In this document: piece after piece, positions 1 to 10,801 of the stretch
Position numbering within the stretch: position 1 is the first letter of the stretch
Layout: every line of letters begins with the position of its first letter
Source of the DNA: Escherichia coli
GTDB taxonomy: Bacteria > Pseudomonadota > Gammaproteobacteria > Enterobacterales > Enterobacteriaceae
Assembly (NCBI RefSeq): GCF_050920415.1
Contig: NZ_CP169309.1
DNA length: 64,000 nucleotides
Direction: 5' to 3' (one strand)
Position numbers and translations under genes: made by a program
Notes under the pieces: model-generated
Told to the model about the DNA's origin: nothing
What the model saw: only the letters and a program-made list of their open reading frames with translations
The model's database searches: none

Positions 1-1
1 G

Positions 2-247
2 TTGCTGGAAACCGTGCAGGTGCTGGTCAAAGACTACGATTTCAGTATCAGCGATGCCCTGCGCCCGCTCACCAGTAGCGTAGCCGGTTTCCTTAACCTG
101 AGCGGGAAAGGCGAAATTCTGCCAGGCAATGACGCAGACTTGCTGGTCATGACGCCAGAACTGCGCATTGAACAGGTATACGCTCGCGGCAAACTGATGG
201 TTAAAGACGGCAAAGCCTGCGTGAAAGGAACGTTTGAAACGGCATAA
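2..247 (+). CDS. iadA: Isoaspartyl dipeptidase, 3' end only (gene begins upstream of the window)
   Basis: ORF running in from the window edge, ending ...VKDGKACVKGTFETA; lies directly upstream of hypT as in E. coli synteny. Confidence 0.65.
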   Translation: MLETVQVLVKDYDFSISDALRPLTSSVAGFLNLSGKGEILPGNDADLLVMTPELRIEQVYARGKLMVKDGKACVKGTFETA

Positions 248-311
248 ACGGTTGTCAGCCGCCCGAATGGACGTAGAATGCCCGCAAGGGCGGCTGACAG
301 AGTAAAACGTA

Positions 312-1223
312 ATGGATGACTGTGGTGCAGTTTTGCATAATATTGAAACAAAATGGCTTTATGATTTTCTGACCCTGGAAAAATGCCGCAACTTTTCCCA
401 GGCGGCAGTCAGTCGCAACGTCTCACAACCCGCATTTAGCCGTCGCATCCGCGCGCTGGAACAGGCGATTGGCGTTGAATTGTTTAACCGCCAGGTGACA
501 CCTCTGCAACTCTCGGAACAAGGAAAAATCTTCCATTCGCAGATCCGCCATCTGCTGCAACAGTTAGAGAGCAACCTTGCAGAACTGCGTGGCGGCAGCG
601 ATTACGCGCAACGTAAAATCAAGGTAGCCGCTGCACACTCTCTTTCTCTCGGTCTTTTACCGTCCATTATCAGCCAGATGCCGCCGCTCTTTACCTGGGC
701 GATTGAAGCCATTGATGTTGATGAAGCGGTCGATAAACTGCGTGAAGGGCAAAGCGACTGTATTTTTTCCTTTCATGACGAAGATTTGCTGGAAGCGCCG
801 TTTGACCACATTCGCTTATTTGAATCTCAATTGTTCCCCGTCTGCGCCAGTGACGAACACGGAGAAGCACTTTTTAACCTCGCACAGCCACACTTTCCGT
901 TACTGAATTACAGCCGCAACTCCTACATGGGGCGATTGATTAACCGTACCCTGACGCGCCACAGTGAGTTAAGTTTCAGCACCTTTTTTGTCTCGTCGAT
1001 GAGCGAGCTTTTAAAGCAGGTTGCCCTCGACGGCTGTGGGATTGCCTGGCTGCCGGAGTACGCCATCCAACAAGAAATTCGCAGCGGGAAGCTTATCGTT
1101 CTGAATCGGGACGAACTGGTGATCCCGATTCAGGCCTATGCATACCGGATGAATACCCGTATGAATCCCGTGGCCGAACGCTTCTGGCGCGAACTGCGCG
1201 AGCTGGAGATTGTGCTTAGCTGA
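312..1223 (+). CDS. hypT: LysR-family transcriptional regulator (hypochlorite-responsive HypT/YjiE)
   Basis: 303-aa ATG-initiated ORF with an N-terminal LysR-type HTH ([30 protein letters not shown]) and a LysR substrate-binding-like C-terminus; synteny with iadA and iraD. Confidence 0.85.
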   Translation: MDDCGAVLHNIETKWLYDFLTLEKCRNFSQAAVSRNVSQPAFSRRIRALEQAIGVELFNRQVTPLQLSEQGKIFHSQIRHLLQQLESNLAELRGGSDYAQRKIKVAAAHSLSLGLLPSIISQMPPLFTWAIEAIDVDEAVDKLREGQSDCIFSFHDEDLLEAPFDHIRLFESQLFPVCASDEHGEALFNLAQPHFPLLNYSRNSYMGRLINRTLTRHSELSFSTFFVSSMSELLKQVALDGCGIAWLPEYAIQQEIRSGKLIVLNRDELVIPIQAYAYRMNTRMNPVAERFWRELRELEIVLS

Positions 1224-1608
1224 CATTCTCCAGCGTCGCACTACACCAACCGCCACTATCCCAGACCAGATCATACGTTAGCGGTTCATCGTCGTGGTGC
1301 AGCATTATCTCAAGGCTGATCGCCAGCGTGTGGCTGTACGCTTCTTTCAAATTGACCTGCAACGCCGCAATCCGAGGCTCATGAAATAACAGTGCAGAAC
1401 GTAGTTGACGGCAATACCAGCTCTGGAGATGTTTGTCGCTCTGGTTATGCACTTGCCACTCAGGCATACCTGAAACAAGTAATGAAGGTAATGCCGAATG
1501 AGGAGAATTAAAAAGAGTGAGGAGATCGCTGCATACCGATTTACGCAGTGATAACGTTTTATTGCCTGAAATTTCAGGTGAAACAGCCTGAAGTGATTGG
1601 CGCATCAT
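1216..1608 (-). CDS. iraD: Anti-adaptor protein IraD (RpoS stabiliser)
   Basis: Track ORF 1216..1617; probable start at the internal Met (MMRQSLQAV...) giving about 130 aa; position between hypT and yjiC. Confidence 0.7.
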   Translation of the reverse strand: MMRQSLQAVSPEISGNKTLSLRKSVCSDLLTLFNSPHSALPSLLVSGMPEWQVHNQSDKHLQSWYCRQLRSALLFHEPRIAALQVNLKEAYSHTLAISLEIMLHHDDEPLTYDLVWDSGGWCSATLENVS

Positions 1609-2281
1609 TTTGCGCACTCCTGACGTTTAGCAACATATGTGGCTTGCCCTGAATACCGGGCACCACTGTATTGATGCTCATTTTCCATAGCCATTCCCTT
1701 TTGTTCATTACATCCATGTCAGTCTGAGACAGGCCTGAATCCTGTCAGCAAAGTATAAAACCTTACTTGCCTATGAATATCTACTGACTTTTCAGGAAAA
1801 AAGTCATGATTTGATAAAAATCATCAAACTCAAAAAAAAACCGCTAGTATATTCTGAATATTCCGAATAGTTACGTAGATGAAAATACTTGTCACCGCCG
1901 CTACTTAATTTCGGTGGGAGATTATTTATTTCCGCATAATCAGCCATGCATTATTTGAAACAATTAGTTTGTAAATAATATAAATTGATAACATATCAAA
2001 TACATCAAAAACACCATTCACAGGCATTATTAATATAGACATCAATATAACAACATCAAATTCCAATTAGTAATAAGATATGCTTTTAAATTGCATGCAA
2101 ATAATTTTAAATGAGCGTTTTTTGATACTTTAGAGTGTTTCCCACCCTTTAATATCACTGTGTAGAGTTGATATCACTACAACAGAAACATGCATGTCAT
2201 TTGTTTACTTCTCTTTTTACTACAGAAAAATTTATCTATTTTTCTAAAACATCAGTGAAATACTCATAAAAGGTTATTAAT

Positions 2282-3103
2282 ATGTCTATGCCAATAAGCA
2301 ATGCCGCTAACAACAAAATTTTTACAGATAATCATTTCGCTCATCATCCAAATGCCGATAAAGAATTAGCAGACAGTATGCCCTCGCATCTTAACTCGGA
2401 AAACATCTATGTCAGACCTCTTGTTCGTGGAAATAACCATAACTATGATGGGGGAAGTGTTGTCGAAATTAGACAGCTTGAAATTGGTAAACAAGGGTAT
2501 TGGCCATTCAATTACGTAACAGCCGCATGTAAAGAATCCGATGGTATTTCAATCACAGGAAACATACGCTGTGGTACCTGGAAGGCCAGCTCAGTATTAG
2601 ACGGAATATACGGTGGAGTATGTAAAAAGGCGCATGTTTCCGCAGCGTTAGAAGCTGGTCTACGGTTTAACCTAACTATGGATTCTAAAATTCCAAACAC
2701 GATACATGAAATAACCCTAGGCCCTGGTTGCAATGTTCCAGGCTATGCGGGAACCACGATAGGATACCTGGCAACACTCCCCCTTGAAAAGGTTGAAAAT
2801 TGGCAAGATACAACATTGCCAAGAATTGATATCTATATTGATCAGATAATGACTGTGTCAGGGGTAGCAAATTCTTCTGGATTCGCCCTTGCTGCATTAC
2901 TTAATGCTAATATTGGAATGGGAAATGACCCAATAATTGGTATAGAAGCCTATCCTGGTACCGCTGAGATCCACGCTAAGATTGGATATAAAGTTATCCC
3001 CGGGGATGAAAATGCACATGTCAAACGTATGACTCTGCAACCGTCATCTCTCCCAGAACTGTTTGAATTAAAAAATGGTGAATGGAATTATATTGGTAAA
3101 TAA
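2282..3103 (+). CDS. yjiC: Hypothetical protein YjiC
   Basis: 273-aa ATG ORF preceded by a long AT-rich intergenic region; position matches yjiC between iraD and uxuR; no functional motif recognised. Confidence 0.6.
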   Translation: MSMPISNAANNKIFTDNHFAHHPNADKELADSMPSHLNSENIYVRPLVRGNNHNYDGGSVVEIRQLEIGKQGYWPFNYVTAACKESDGISITGNIRCGTWKASSVLDGIYGGVCKKAHVSAALEAGLRFNLTMDSKIPNTIHEITLGPGCNVPGYAGTTIGYLATLPLEKVENWQDTTLPRIDIYIDQIMTVSGVANSSGFALAALLNANIGMGNDPIIGIEAYPGTAEIHAKIGYKVIPGDENAHVKRMTLQPSSLPELFELKNGEWNYIGK

Positions 3104-3243
3104 CCACTGGGAAGAATGAGTACTAACATTCAGGTTATACAGATATTTAAACAATACCCTGCAATTTACAAAGTAATACTCATTGCAACTTCTTAATTTA
3201 AGAAAGCGCAAGGAACGTTTACCCTTGCGCTTATCATAATAAG

Positions 3244-4017
3244 TCAGGCGTCGACTTTATCCAGCGGCCATGAATCAAACAGATAGCCATCAAAATAAAT
3301 ATCGTCAACGTTCGAGAATTCAAGCAGACGTTGCTTCACGTTTTCCAGATGCTGCCACATTGCCAGCTTCGCCGCTCGGGCGTCTTTTTTGATTAACGCG
3401 GCGAGGATCTGTTTGTGATCGCCCAACCACTCTTTGCGATACAGGCTGTCATCCAGATGGCTGTGCAATTGGATCCACATTGGATTGTTTTCCCGCCACT
3501 GCCAGGACTGACGGAATAGCTCCACCAGCATGCTGTTATGCGTTGCTTCGGCAATGGCGAGATGGAACTGCATATCACCGCTTTCGCTGCTACCCGGCGC
3601 GCTGGAAGCCAGTTCACGCTCTTCCAGTTGCAATGCCTGACGCATTTTGACGATATCTTCGCGGGTAGCCTGCAGGGCGGCAAATTCCGCGATGTTACTT
3701 TCCAGTAACTGACGCGCCTGTAACAGCTCAAAAGGACCCGCATCATTGCAAACGTTGGCATCCGGACCGTCTGTGTTCTGGCTGTCTGAGCTATCAAGAA
3801 CATAAATACCGGCACCCCGGCGCACTTCCACCAGCCCTTTGATCTCCAGCATGATCAGCGCTTCACGTACCACCGTCCGCGTGACATCAAGCATTTCTGC
3901 AATTTCACGCTCCGGCGGCAGCCGTTCGCCAGGATTGTACGGCGTCTTTATGATCAGATCGCGGATCATCGCCCCGACTTCCTGGTAAGGTCTTTGCGCA
4001 GAGGTGGCAGATTTCAT
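3244..4017 (-). CDS. uxuR: GntR-family repressor of the uxu hexuronate operon
   Basis: 257-aa ORF with GntR-type winged HTH near the N-terminus (ERLPPEREIAEMLDVTRTVVREAL) and an FCD-like C-terminus. Confidence 0.9.
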   Translation of the reverse strand: MKSATSAQRPYQEVGAMIRDLIIKTPYNPGERLPPEREIAEMLDVTRTVVREALIMLEIKGLVEVRRGAGIYVLDSSDSQNTDGPDANVCNDAGPFELLQARQLLESNIAEFAALQATREDIVKMRQALQLEERELASSAPGSSESGDMQFHLAIAEATHNSMLVELFRQSWQWRENNPMWIQLHSHLDDSLYRKEWLGDHKQILAALIKKDARAAKLAMWQHLENVKQRLLEFSNVDDIYFDGYLFDSWPLDKVDA

Positions 4018-4052
4018 GGTGTTGTGTCCGTTAGGTGCAGTTAATCAAATTT

Positions 4053-4090
4053 TTGCCGGATGCGTCGTGCACGCCTTATCCGGCCTACAA
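4053..4090. repeat. REP (repetitive extragenic palindromic) element
   Basis: tgccggatgcgtcgtgcacgccttatccggcctacaa, the typical E. coli REP consensus, in the uxuR-uxuB intergenic region. Confidence 0.5.
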
Positions 4091-4230
4091 CGGGCGATTT
4101 TACGGCCCCCGTCAATCTCAAACTATACCATTAGCACTGGAAGTTGGCACGTACAGGTGGGCAAAAAACGAAAACTGGTCAACCAAATATTATTTTGATT
4201 GACCAGTAAGTCTGTTGGGTAATCAGTTAG

Positions 4231-5691
4231 TTACAGCGCAGCCACACACTCGCGCGCACCGCGTTCGCACAGCTGCTGATATGCCGCCGTCACCGCGCCA
4301 ACAAAGTCGGCATTCTGCGGCAGATCATCGGCAAAAATACCGCTCAGGCCCAGCAGCGCTTTCACGCGGTCTGCGCCCTGATACTGCGCGTTAATCTTCT
4401 GGAACTCGGCCAGCATCGGGTCAACCACGTCAATGGCATTACCCTGCTCATCCACACCCTGGGTGTAGCGCATCCAGCCAGCCACGCCGAGCGCCAGGTG
4501 ACGCCAGCTACCGCCGTTTTGTAGGTGCAGACGCACCGGGTCCAGCAAACGCTGCGGTAACTTCTGGCTGCCGTCCATCGCAATCTGCCAGGTACGGTGA
4601 CGCAGAGACGGGTTGCTGAAACGCTCGATCAGCAGCGTCGCATAGGCGTTCAGGTCCGTACCTTCCGGCATCGACAGCGTTGGCGCTTGTTCCTGCATCA
4701 TCAGGGCAAAGGCCGCTTTGCGATAATCCGGATTAGTCATGGTGTCGGCAATGGTTTCATAGCCGCCGAGGTAACCGAGGTACGCCAGGAAAGAGTGGCT
4801 GCCGTTCAGCATACGCAATTTCATCATTTCGAACGGCACAACGTCTGCAACGAACTGTGCGCCCACTTTATCCCAGTCCGGGCGACCATTAACGAAGTTA
4901 TCTTCAATCACCCACTGACGGAACGGTTCGCAGGCAATGGCACACGGGTCATAAACACCCAGCTGGTCAGCAATTTCCTGTAAGGTTTCTGGCGTCGCAG
5001 CCGGAACGATGCGGTCAACCATGGTGCACGGGAAGGTGACATTCTCTTCAATCCATGCAGCCAGCTGCGGATCACGCGCCTGAGCCAGCCCCAGAACGGC
5101 AACTTTTGCCACGTGGCCGTTTTCACGCACGTTGTCGCAGGACATGACAGTAAACGCTTTCAGCCCTTTTTCACGACGCAGACGCAAAGCTTCAACGATG
5201 TAACCAATCGCGGACTTCGGCGCAGTCGGGTTTTCCAGATCGTGCTTGATCAGCGGGTTATTGAGATCCAGCTGACCGCTCGCCGCATCGGCGCAATAAC
5301 CTTTCTCTGTGACTGTCAGGGAGACAATCGCCGTCTGCGGACGCGCCATCGCGTTGAGAATACCTTCACAACCGTCGATTTCCGGGTGCAGCGCTTCTTT
5401 CATCGAGCCAATAATTTTCAGCTCGGTGCTTTCTGCGCCTTTTTCCGCTACGGTGTACAGCAGTTGCTGTTTTTTCAGGTTTTCGATCAGCACACGGTCG
5501 TTGCCTGGCATCAGGTTAACTTCGCAGATCCCCCAGTCGCTATCCGTGCTTTCCAGCAGGTGATGGGTGTACAGCGCCTGGTGCGCGCGGTGAAACGCCC
5601 CGCAACCGAGATGCACAATGCGTGATTCCAGACGAGAATGATCCCATGACGGGCGGGCAACCGGCAGATTGCTGTCAACAATAGTAGTCAT
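4231..5691 (-). CDS. uxuB: D-mannonate oxidoreductase (fructuronate reductase)
   Basis: 486-aa ORF with an N-terminal Rossmann fold (VHLGCGAFHRAHQA), mannitol-dehydrogenase family; synteny uxuA-uxuB-uxuR. Confidence 0.9.
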   Translation of the reverse strand: MTTIVDSNLPVARPSWDHSRLESRIVHLGCGAFHRAHQALYTHHLLESTDSDWGICEVNLMPGNDRVLIENLKKQQLLYTVAEKGAESTELKIIGSMKEALHPEIDGCEGILNAMARPQTAIVSLTVTEKGYCADAASGQLDLNNPLIKHDLENPTAPKSAIGYIVEALRLRREKGLKAFTVMSCDNVRENGHVAKVAVLGLAQARDPQLAAWIEENVTFPCTMVDRIVPAATPETLQEIADQLGVYDPCAIACEPFRQWVIEDNFVNGRPDWDKVGAQFVADVVPFEMMKLRMLNGSHSFLAYLGYLGGYETIADTMTNPDYRKAAFALMMQEQAPTLSMPEGTDLNAYATLLIERFSNPSLRHRTWQIAMDGSQKLPQRLLDPVRLHLQNGGSWRHLALGVAGWMRYTQGVDEQGNAIDVVDPMLAEFQKINAQYQGADRVKALLGLSGIFADDLPQNADFVGAVTAAYQQLCERGARECVAAL

Positions 5692-5771
5692 CGTAAACTC
5701 CAGAATCCGTCTTCAGAGAGTGACGGCAAGGAAGAAGGAACCGGCACGGCGCGCAGCCATGCCGGTGGATA

Positions 5772-6956
5772 TTAACGGCTAAAGAAAGCGCGCTGGATCG
5801 CCATTTCGACGCCGCGAACTTCAGCCAGACCTTTCAGACGACCAATCGCGGAGTAACCTGGGTTGGTTTTCTTCTTCAGGTCGTCCAGCATCTGATGACC
5901 GTGGTCCGGACGCATCGGGATCAGGTCTTCTTTGCCTTCCGCTTTACGACGGTGTTCTTCTTCAACAATCGCTTTCACCACTTCGTACATATCAACGTCA
6001 CCGTTCAGGTGCGCCGCTTCGTGGAAGGTTTTCGGGTTATCTTCACGCATGGTGGAACGCAGATGGGTGAAGTAAATACGCGGACCGAACTGCTTGATCA
6101 TATCAACCAGATCGTTGTCAGCACGCACGCCGTAGGAACCGGTGCACATGGTGAAACCGTTCGCCATGCTGTTTACGGTATCAACCATCCACTGCATATC
6201 TTCAATGGTGGAAACGATACGCGGCAGGCCGAGGATTGGGCGCGGCGGATCGTCCGGGTGAACAGCCATACGCACGCCAACTTCTTCCGCAACTGGAATG
6301 ATCGCCTTCAGGAAGACCGCAAAGTTTTCGCGCAGTTTGGCTTTGTCGATATCTTTGTACAGCTCCAGGTGCTTACGGAACTGGTCAAGGGTGTAGCCTT
6401 CTTCCGCGCCCGGCAGACCGGCAATGATGTTACGGGTCAGACGCGCTTTGTCTTCGTCGCTCATAGTGGCGAAGCGTTCAGCGGCCTGAGCAATTTCTTC
6501 TTCGGTGTAATCCGCTTCCGCGCCTGGACGCTTGAGGATGTGCATTTCAAACGCAGCAAATTCGATCTGGTCGAAGCGCAGAGCTTTGGAGCCATCTGGC
6601 AGCACGTATTCGAGGTCAGTACGGGTCCAGTCGAGCACCGGCATGAAGTTGTAGCACACGGTGCGAATGCCGCACTGCGCCAGATTGCGCAGAGTTTGCT
6701 GATAGTTAGCGATCCACTGCTCGTAGTTGCCAGTATGAGTTTTGATATCTTCGTGAATTGGCACGCTTTCTACGACAGACCACACCAGGCCTGCGTCTTC
6801 AACGATCGCCTTGCGTTTGAGGATCTCTTCTACGGACCATACTTCCCCGTTCGGGATATGGTGCAAAGCGGTAACCACGCCAGTCGCGCCCGCCTGACGG
6901 ACATCAGCTAAAGTGACCGGATCATTAGGGCCGTACCAGCGCCAGGTCTGTTCCAT
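5772..6956 (-). CDS. uxuA: D-mannonate dehydratase
   Basis: Track ORF is 406 aa; the internal Met at [14 protein letters not shown] gives the expected 394 aa. Confidence 0.9.
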   Translation of the reverse strand: MEQTWRWYGPNDPVTLADVRQAGATGVVTALHHIPNGEVWSVEEILKRKAIVEDAGLVWSVVESVPIHEDIKTHTGNYEQWIANYQQTLRNLAQCGIRTVCYNFMPVLDWTRTDLEYVLPDGSKALRFDQIEFAAFEMHILKRPGAEADYTEEEIAQAAERFATMSDEDKARLTRNIIAGLPGAEEGYTLDQFRKHLELYKDIDKAKLRENFAVFLKAIIPVAEEVGVRMAVHPDDPPRPILGLPRIVSTIEDMQWMVDTVNSMANGFTMCTGSYGVRADNDLVDMIKQFGPRIYFTHLRSTMREDNPKTFHEAAHLNGDVDMYEVVKAIVEEEHRRKAEGKEDLIPMRPDHGHQMLDDLKKKTNPGYSAIGRLKGLAEVRGVEMAIQRAFFSR

Positions 6957-7295
6957 GATTTTTCCTCTTTCACATAGTGGGTTCCACAGCAAAAAAACGC
7001 GGAATCCCGGAGTTGTTTAGGTATCCGGATGAACAACCAGACCGCAGCCGTGGCATTGCATCGGATGAGATGGCGTATAAGTTCTACCTTTTGGTAAGAC
7101 ATGTCAACCCGAATTCAAAAATTGGTTAACCACATCACAAGATTTTCACGCGCACGCTCGTTGCTGCAAATTGCAGCAAAGGGTAATTGATAGTTATTAA
7201 TCAGAGGGTGTGACATTCATCGCAACAATGGTTGACCAATTTACATAACATGTCGCCCAAAATAACAACGGTTCAACCAGGTAAGGTAAAACGTT

Positions 7296-8639
7296 ATGCA
7301 TGTGCTTAACATTCTTTGGGTAGTATTCGGTATCGGTCTGATGCTGGTACTGAATTTGAAGTTCAAAATCAATTCAATGGTGGCTTTGCTAGTGGCGGCG
7401 CTATCCGTCGGGATGTTGGCGGGCATGGATTTGATGTCGCTGCTGCACACCATGAAAGCGGGCTTCGGCAACACGCTGGGGGAACTGGCAATCATTGTTG
7501 TGTTCGGTGCGGTCATTGGTAAATTGATGGTCGACTCCGGCGCGGCTCATCAGATAGCGCATACGCTGCTGGCGCGTCTCGGCCTGCGCTATGTCCAGAT
7601 ATCGGTGATTATCATCGGCCTGATTTTTGGTCTGGCGATGTTCTATGAAGTGGCCTTTATCATGTTAGCGCCGCTGGTTATCGTCATTGCCGCCGAAGCT
7701 AAAATTCCGTTCCTGAAACTGGCTATTCCGGCAGTAGCGGCTGCTACCACCGCACATTCACTTTTCCCTCCGCAGCCGGGTCCGGTGGCGCTGGTGAATG
7801 CTTATGGTGCAGATATGGGGATGGTTTATATCTATGGTGTACTGGTGACAATCCCAAGCGTAATCTGCGCAGGCCTGATTCTGCCGAAGTTCCTCGGTAA
7901 TCTTGAGCGCCCAACGCCATCATTCCTCAAAGCGGATCAACCGGTGGATATGAATAATCTCCCCTCTTTCGGCGTTTCGATTCTGGTACCGCTGATCCCG
8001 GCGATCATTATGATCTCTACCACTATCGCCAATATCTGGCTGGTCAAAGACACCCCTGCGTGGGAAGTCGTTAACTTTATCGGTTCATCGCCGATTGCAA
8101 TGTTTATTGCGATGGTGGTTGCATTCGTACTCTTTGGCACCGCGCGTGGTCATGACATGCAGTGGGTGATGAACGCCTTTGAAAGCGCGGTAAAAAGCAT
8201 TGCGATGGTGATTCTGATCATCGGTGCGGGCGGCGTGCTGAAGCAGACCATCATCGACACCGGCATTGGTGACACCATCGGCATGTTGATGTCCCACGGC
8301 AATATCTCGCCCTACATCATGGCGTGGCTGATCACTGTGCTAATTCGTCTGGCGACGGGTCAAGGTGTGGTTTCGGCGATGACTGCCGCCGGGATTATCA
8401 GTGCTGCAATCCTTGATCCAGCAACCGGTCAACTGGTTGGCGTGAATCCGGCGCTGCTGGTACTGGCGACGGCTGCGGGTTCCAACACCCTCACCCACAT
8501 TAACGATGCCTCATTCTGGTTGTTCAAAGGTTACTTTGACCTGTCAGTAAAAGACACGTTGAAAACATGGGGTCTGCTGGAGCTGGTCAACTCCGTGGTT
8601 GGGCTGATTATTGTGTTGATTATTAGCATGGTAGCGTAA
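7296..8639 (+). CDS. gntP: High-affinity gluconate permease (GntP family)
   Basis: 447-aa polytopic membrane protein ORF, divergent from uxuA. Confidence 0.9.
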   Translation: MHVLNILWVVFGIGLMLVLNLKFKINSMVALLVAALSVGMLAGMDLMSLLHTMKAGFGNTLGELAIIVVFGAVIGKLMVDSGAAHQIAHTLLARLGLRYVQISVIIIGLIFGLAMFYEVAFIMLAPLVIVIAAEAKIPFLKLAIPAVAAATTAHSLFPPQPGPVALVNAYGADMGMVYIYGVLVTIPSVICAGLILPKFLGNLERPTPSFLKADQPVDMNNLPSFGVSILVPLIPAIIMISTTIANIWLVKDTPAWEVVNFIGSSPIAMFIAMVVAFVLFGTARGHDMQWVMNAFESAVKSIAMVILIIGAGGVLKQTIIDTGIGDTIGMLMSHGNISPYIMAWLITVLIRLATGQGVVSAMTAAGIISAAILDPATGQLVGVNPALLVLATAAGSNTLTHINDASFWLFKGYFDLSVKDTLKTWGLLELVNSVVGLIIVLIISMVA

Positions 8640-8699
8640 AAGAACACCAGAGCCTGCCAATGGCAGGCTCAGTTCGGATTGTCGGCAAAGTGCGCTTTG

Positions 8700-8790
8700 T
8701 TTATGCCAGATGCGACGCTGGCGCGTCTTATCTGGCCTACAAAGGGCTAACGTGCGGGTTTGTAGGTAGCGTAGCGCATCAGGCAATATT
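8700..8790. repeat. REP/BIME-like palindromic repeats
   Basis: ccagatgcgacgctggcgcgtcttatctggcctac and gtaggtagcgtagcgcatcaggca motifs downstream of gntP. Confidence 0.5.
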
Positions 8791-8823
8791 GCGTACCAGC
8801 ATTAGCAATGTCCTGTGATTTCT

Positions 8824-9726
8824 TTATTGATAAACAAAAGTCACGCCAATAATCGATTGCACATTCCCTGCAGTCACCTGCCCTCCGGTACGTGCGTAAT
8901 TTGCCGTTAATCCCAGACTTACCGCCGAAGTCCCTACTGCTCCTAACGATACCGTGTTATTCGCTGGAATAATCGTACCGTTGCGCGTCAACTGTACGCC
9001 GACGCCCTGTGCTGGTGAAAACGACGCGGTATTGGTGAAAATCGAATTGCCCGCATCTGCGGTTGTGCCGGAGAGGTAATACCCCAGGTTCTGGCTTTTC
9101 GCACAATAAACGGTAAGAGGAATAGGTACCGAACCGGGATAGTCCGGCAGAGTCACGGTGACATCACGAGCAGAAACATCACAGCCGCCAGTAGGCACCA
9201 CCACATCATTATTGGCGTAAATATTCCACACAAACTGGAAATCATCGCTGTTATAGTTATTGGTCTGTCGCAAAATTAGCACGGCAATTAATGAGCCAGC
9301 CTTAATCGCCACCCCACCCGCACTGCTCACAGGCGTCAAATAAAGCGCCACCGGCCACGGCTTATCCGTTCTCGAATTATAAACAACGCGCGGCGTTTCG
9401 CTGGTAGTCGGGAAAGGATAGCTACTGCCATTATATTTTACGGTCCCGGAAAAATTAGATAACACGCCGCCATAAGCCGAACCTCGTTGCAGTGTGACAT
9501 AGTCTGTAATGGTTTCCGGGTAATCGTTATGGCAAAAGATTTGCGTCGAAAGATCTACGACCAGGTTTTGCCCCACATTCACGGCGGGCGCAAGGTTTAC
9601 ATAAACATTGGCGCTGCCACCGCCAATAGGGATAGCGGTGCCATTGGCGGTTTTACAGGCGAATGACCAGGCATTTACCGACCAGCCCATCAGCAGTACA
9701 GCAAACAGGGTAATAACTCTTTTCAT
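8824..9726 (-). CDS. fimH: Type 1 fimbrial tip adhesin FimH (mannose-binding)
   Basis: Signal peptide MKRVITLFAVLLMGWSVNAWS followed by mature FACKTANGTAIPIGGG...; 300 aa from the second Met of the track ORF. Confidence 0.9.
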   Translation of the reverse strand: MKRVITLFAVLLMGWSVNAWSFACKTANGTAIPIGGGSANVYVNLAPAVNVGQNLVVDLSTQIFCHNDYPETITDYVTLQRGSAYGGVLSNFSGTVKYNGSSYPFPTTSETPRVVYNSRTDKPWPVALYLTPVSSAGGVAIKAGSLIAVLILRQTNNYNSDDFQFVWNIYANNDVVVPTGGCDVSARDVTVTLPDYPGSVPIPLTVYCAKSQNLGYYLSGTTADAGNSIFTNTASFSPAQGVGVQLTRNGTIIPANNTVSLGAVGTSAVSLGLTANYARTGGQVTAGNVQSIIGVTFVYQ

Positions 9727-9745
9727 TACAATCATCTCTTCGGAT

Positions 9746-10249
9746 TCAGCTGTAGGTATAGGTGATGCTAATCACTGCCTGAATGGTTCCCTGAGTGGCT
9801 CCGCCATTTACCGTCAATGCTCTAACCTGTAACGGGAAGTGCGCTGATTGTGAGGAATCATCCACCTGAACTGTTTTGGTTGCGCCAGTATTCAATGTGT
9901 TGCCACTGTCATCTTGCAGCTCTAACTGGATGTTTTGCGCGGTCCCCTGGTTTTTATAATATCCCGTACTATCGGCTGCCCCGCTGAAGCTGGCGGTGAC
10001 CCTCGATGTTCCCACCGGACAATGAGTCAACTCTAACGCAACATCATGCCAGGCCGATGCCGCACCGGCAGACACGAGACTGAAAGAATAAAGATCGCCG
10101 AGATCAACCGTGGCATTAGTGGTGGAAACCGTGCACGGTTTGGCGACGACCTTACCGTTCACGGTGATCGTGACATCGGCTGCCTGTAGCGTCGCACTTA
10201 CGAGCGTCAACATTGCCGCCAATAAACACCCACGTATGCGCCATTTCAT
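9746..10249 (-). CDS. fimG: Type 1 fimbrial minor subunit FimG
   Basis: About 167-aa pilin-like ORF with signal peptide, between fimH and fimF. Confidence 0.85.
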   Translation of the reverse strand: MKWRIRGCLLAAMLTLVSATLQAADVTITVNGKVVAKPCTVSTTNATVDLGDLYSFSLVSAGAASAWHDVALELTHCPVGTSRVTASFSGAADSTGYYKNQGTAQNIQLELQDDSGNTLNTGATKTVQVDDSSQSAHFPLQVRALTVNGGATQGTIQAVISITYTYS

Positions 10250-10261
10250 GAGCATCTCCTG

Positions 10262-10792
10262 TTACTGATATTCAAGAGTGAAGGTAGCCGTGGCATTGAT
10301 ATGCCCCGCAGTGACAGGCACCTGTGTCGCCATTAGCCGGGCGTAAAAATTCAGCGTATTTGGTTTACCCGGCGTCAGGGTCGTCCACGAAATCGCGGAG
10401 GATGGCGCATTAAGGGGGATCTGATTTTGTTGCTCATTCAGAAGCTGTATTCCCAGCCCCGCAGCCGCTGACACCGTATTTTCAAGTGCAAGCAGATTGG
10501 CATTGTGACTATCTGCAACGCCGGTAAACCCAACCTTTACGGCAGAAACGGCATTACCACAGGGTGACAGCAAAATACGAAATGGAACGACAGGAGTCGT
10601 CGCGCCAATGTTGTTAAATTGCTTCGCCGCGTTTTCCATCAGATCAACAGTAAAATTGGTTGATTCAGCGGCCACACTACAGCCGTTATCTCTGACATAG
10701 CCGCGGATAGTAATCGTGCTATCCGCAGCCAAAGCGTGACTTACCGCCAGCCACAAAAAAGCGCACAGAAGATAAAAAGGTTTGCTTTTCAT
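10262..10792 (-). CDS. fimF: Type 1 fimbrial minor subunit FimF
   Basis: About 176-aa pilin-like ORF with signal peptide and C-terminal TFTLEYQ. Confidence 0.85.
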   Translation of the reverse strand: MKSKPFYLLCAFLWLAVSHALAADSTITIRGYVRDNGCSVAAESTNFTVDLMENAAKQFNNIGATTPVVPFRILLSPCGNAVSAVKVGFTGVADSHNANLLALENTVSAAAGLGIQLLNEQQNQIPLNAPSSAISWTTLTPGKPNTLNFYARLMATQVPVTAGHINATATFTLEYQ

Positions 10793-10801
10793 CACGCCCC
10801 C

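Noticed and set aside
5895-6911. 338-aa ORF on the plus strand
   Set aside because: Lies entirely antisense within uxuA; repetitive low-complexity translation typical of a shadow ORF opposite a highly expressed gene.
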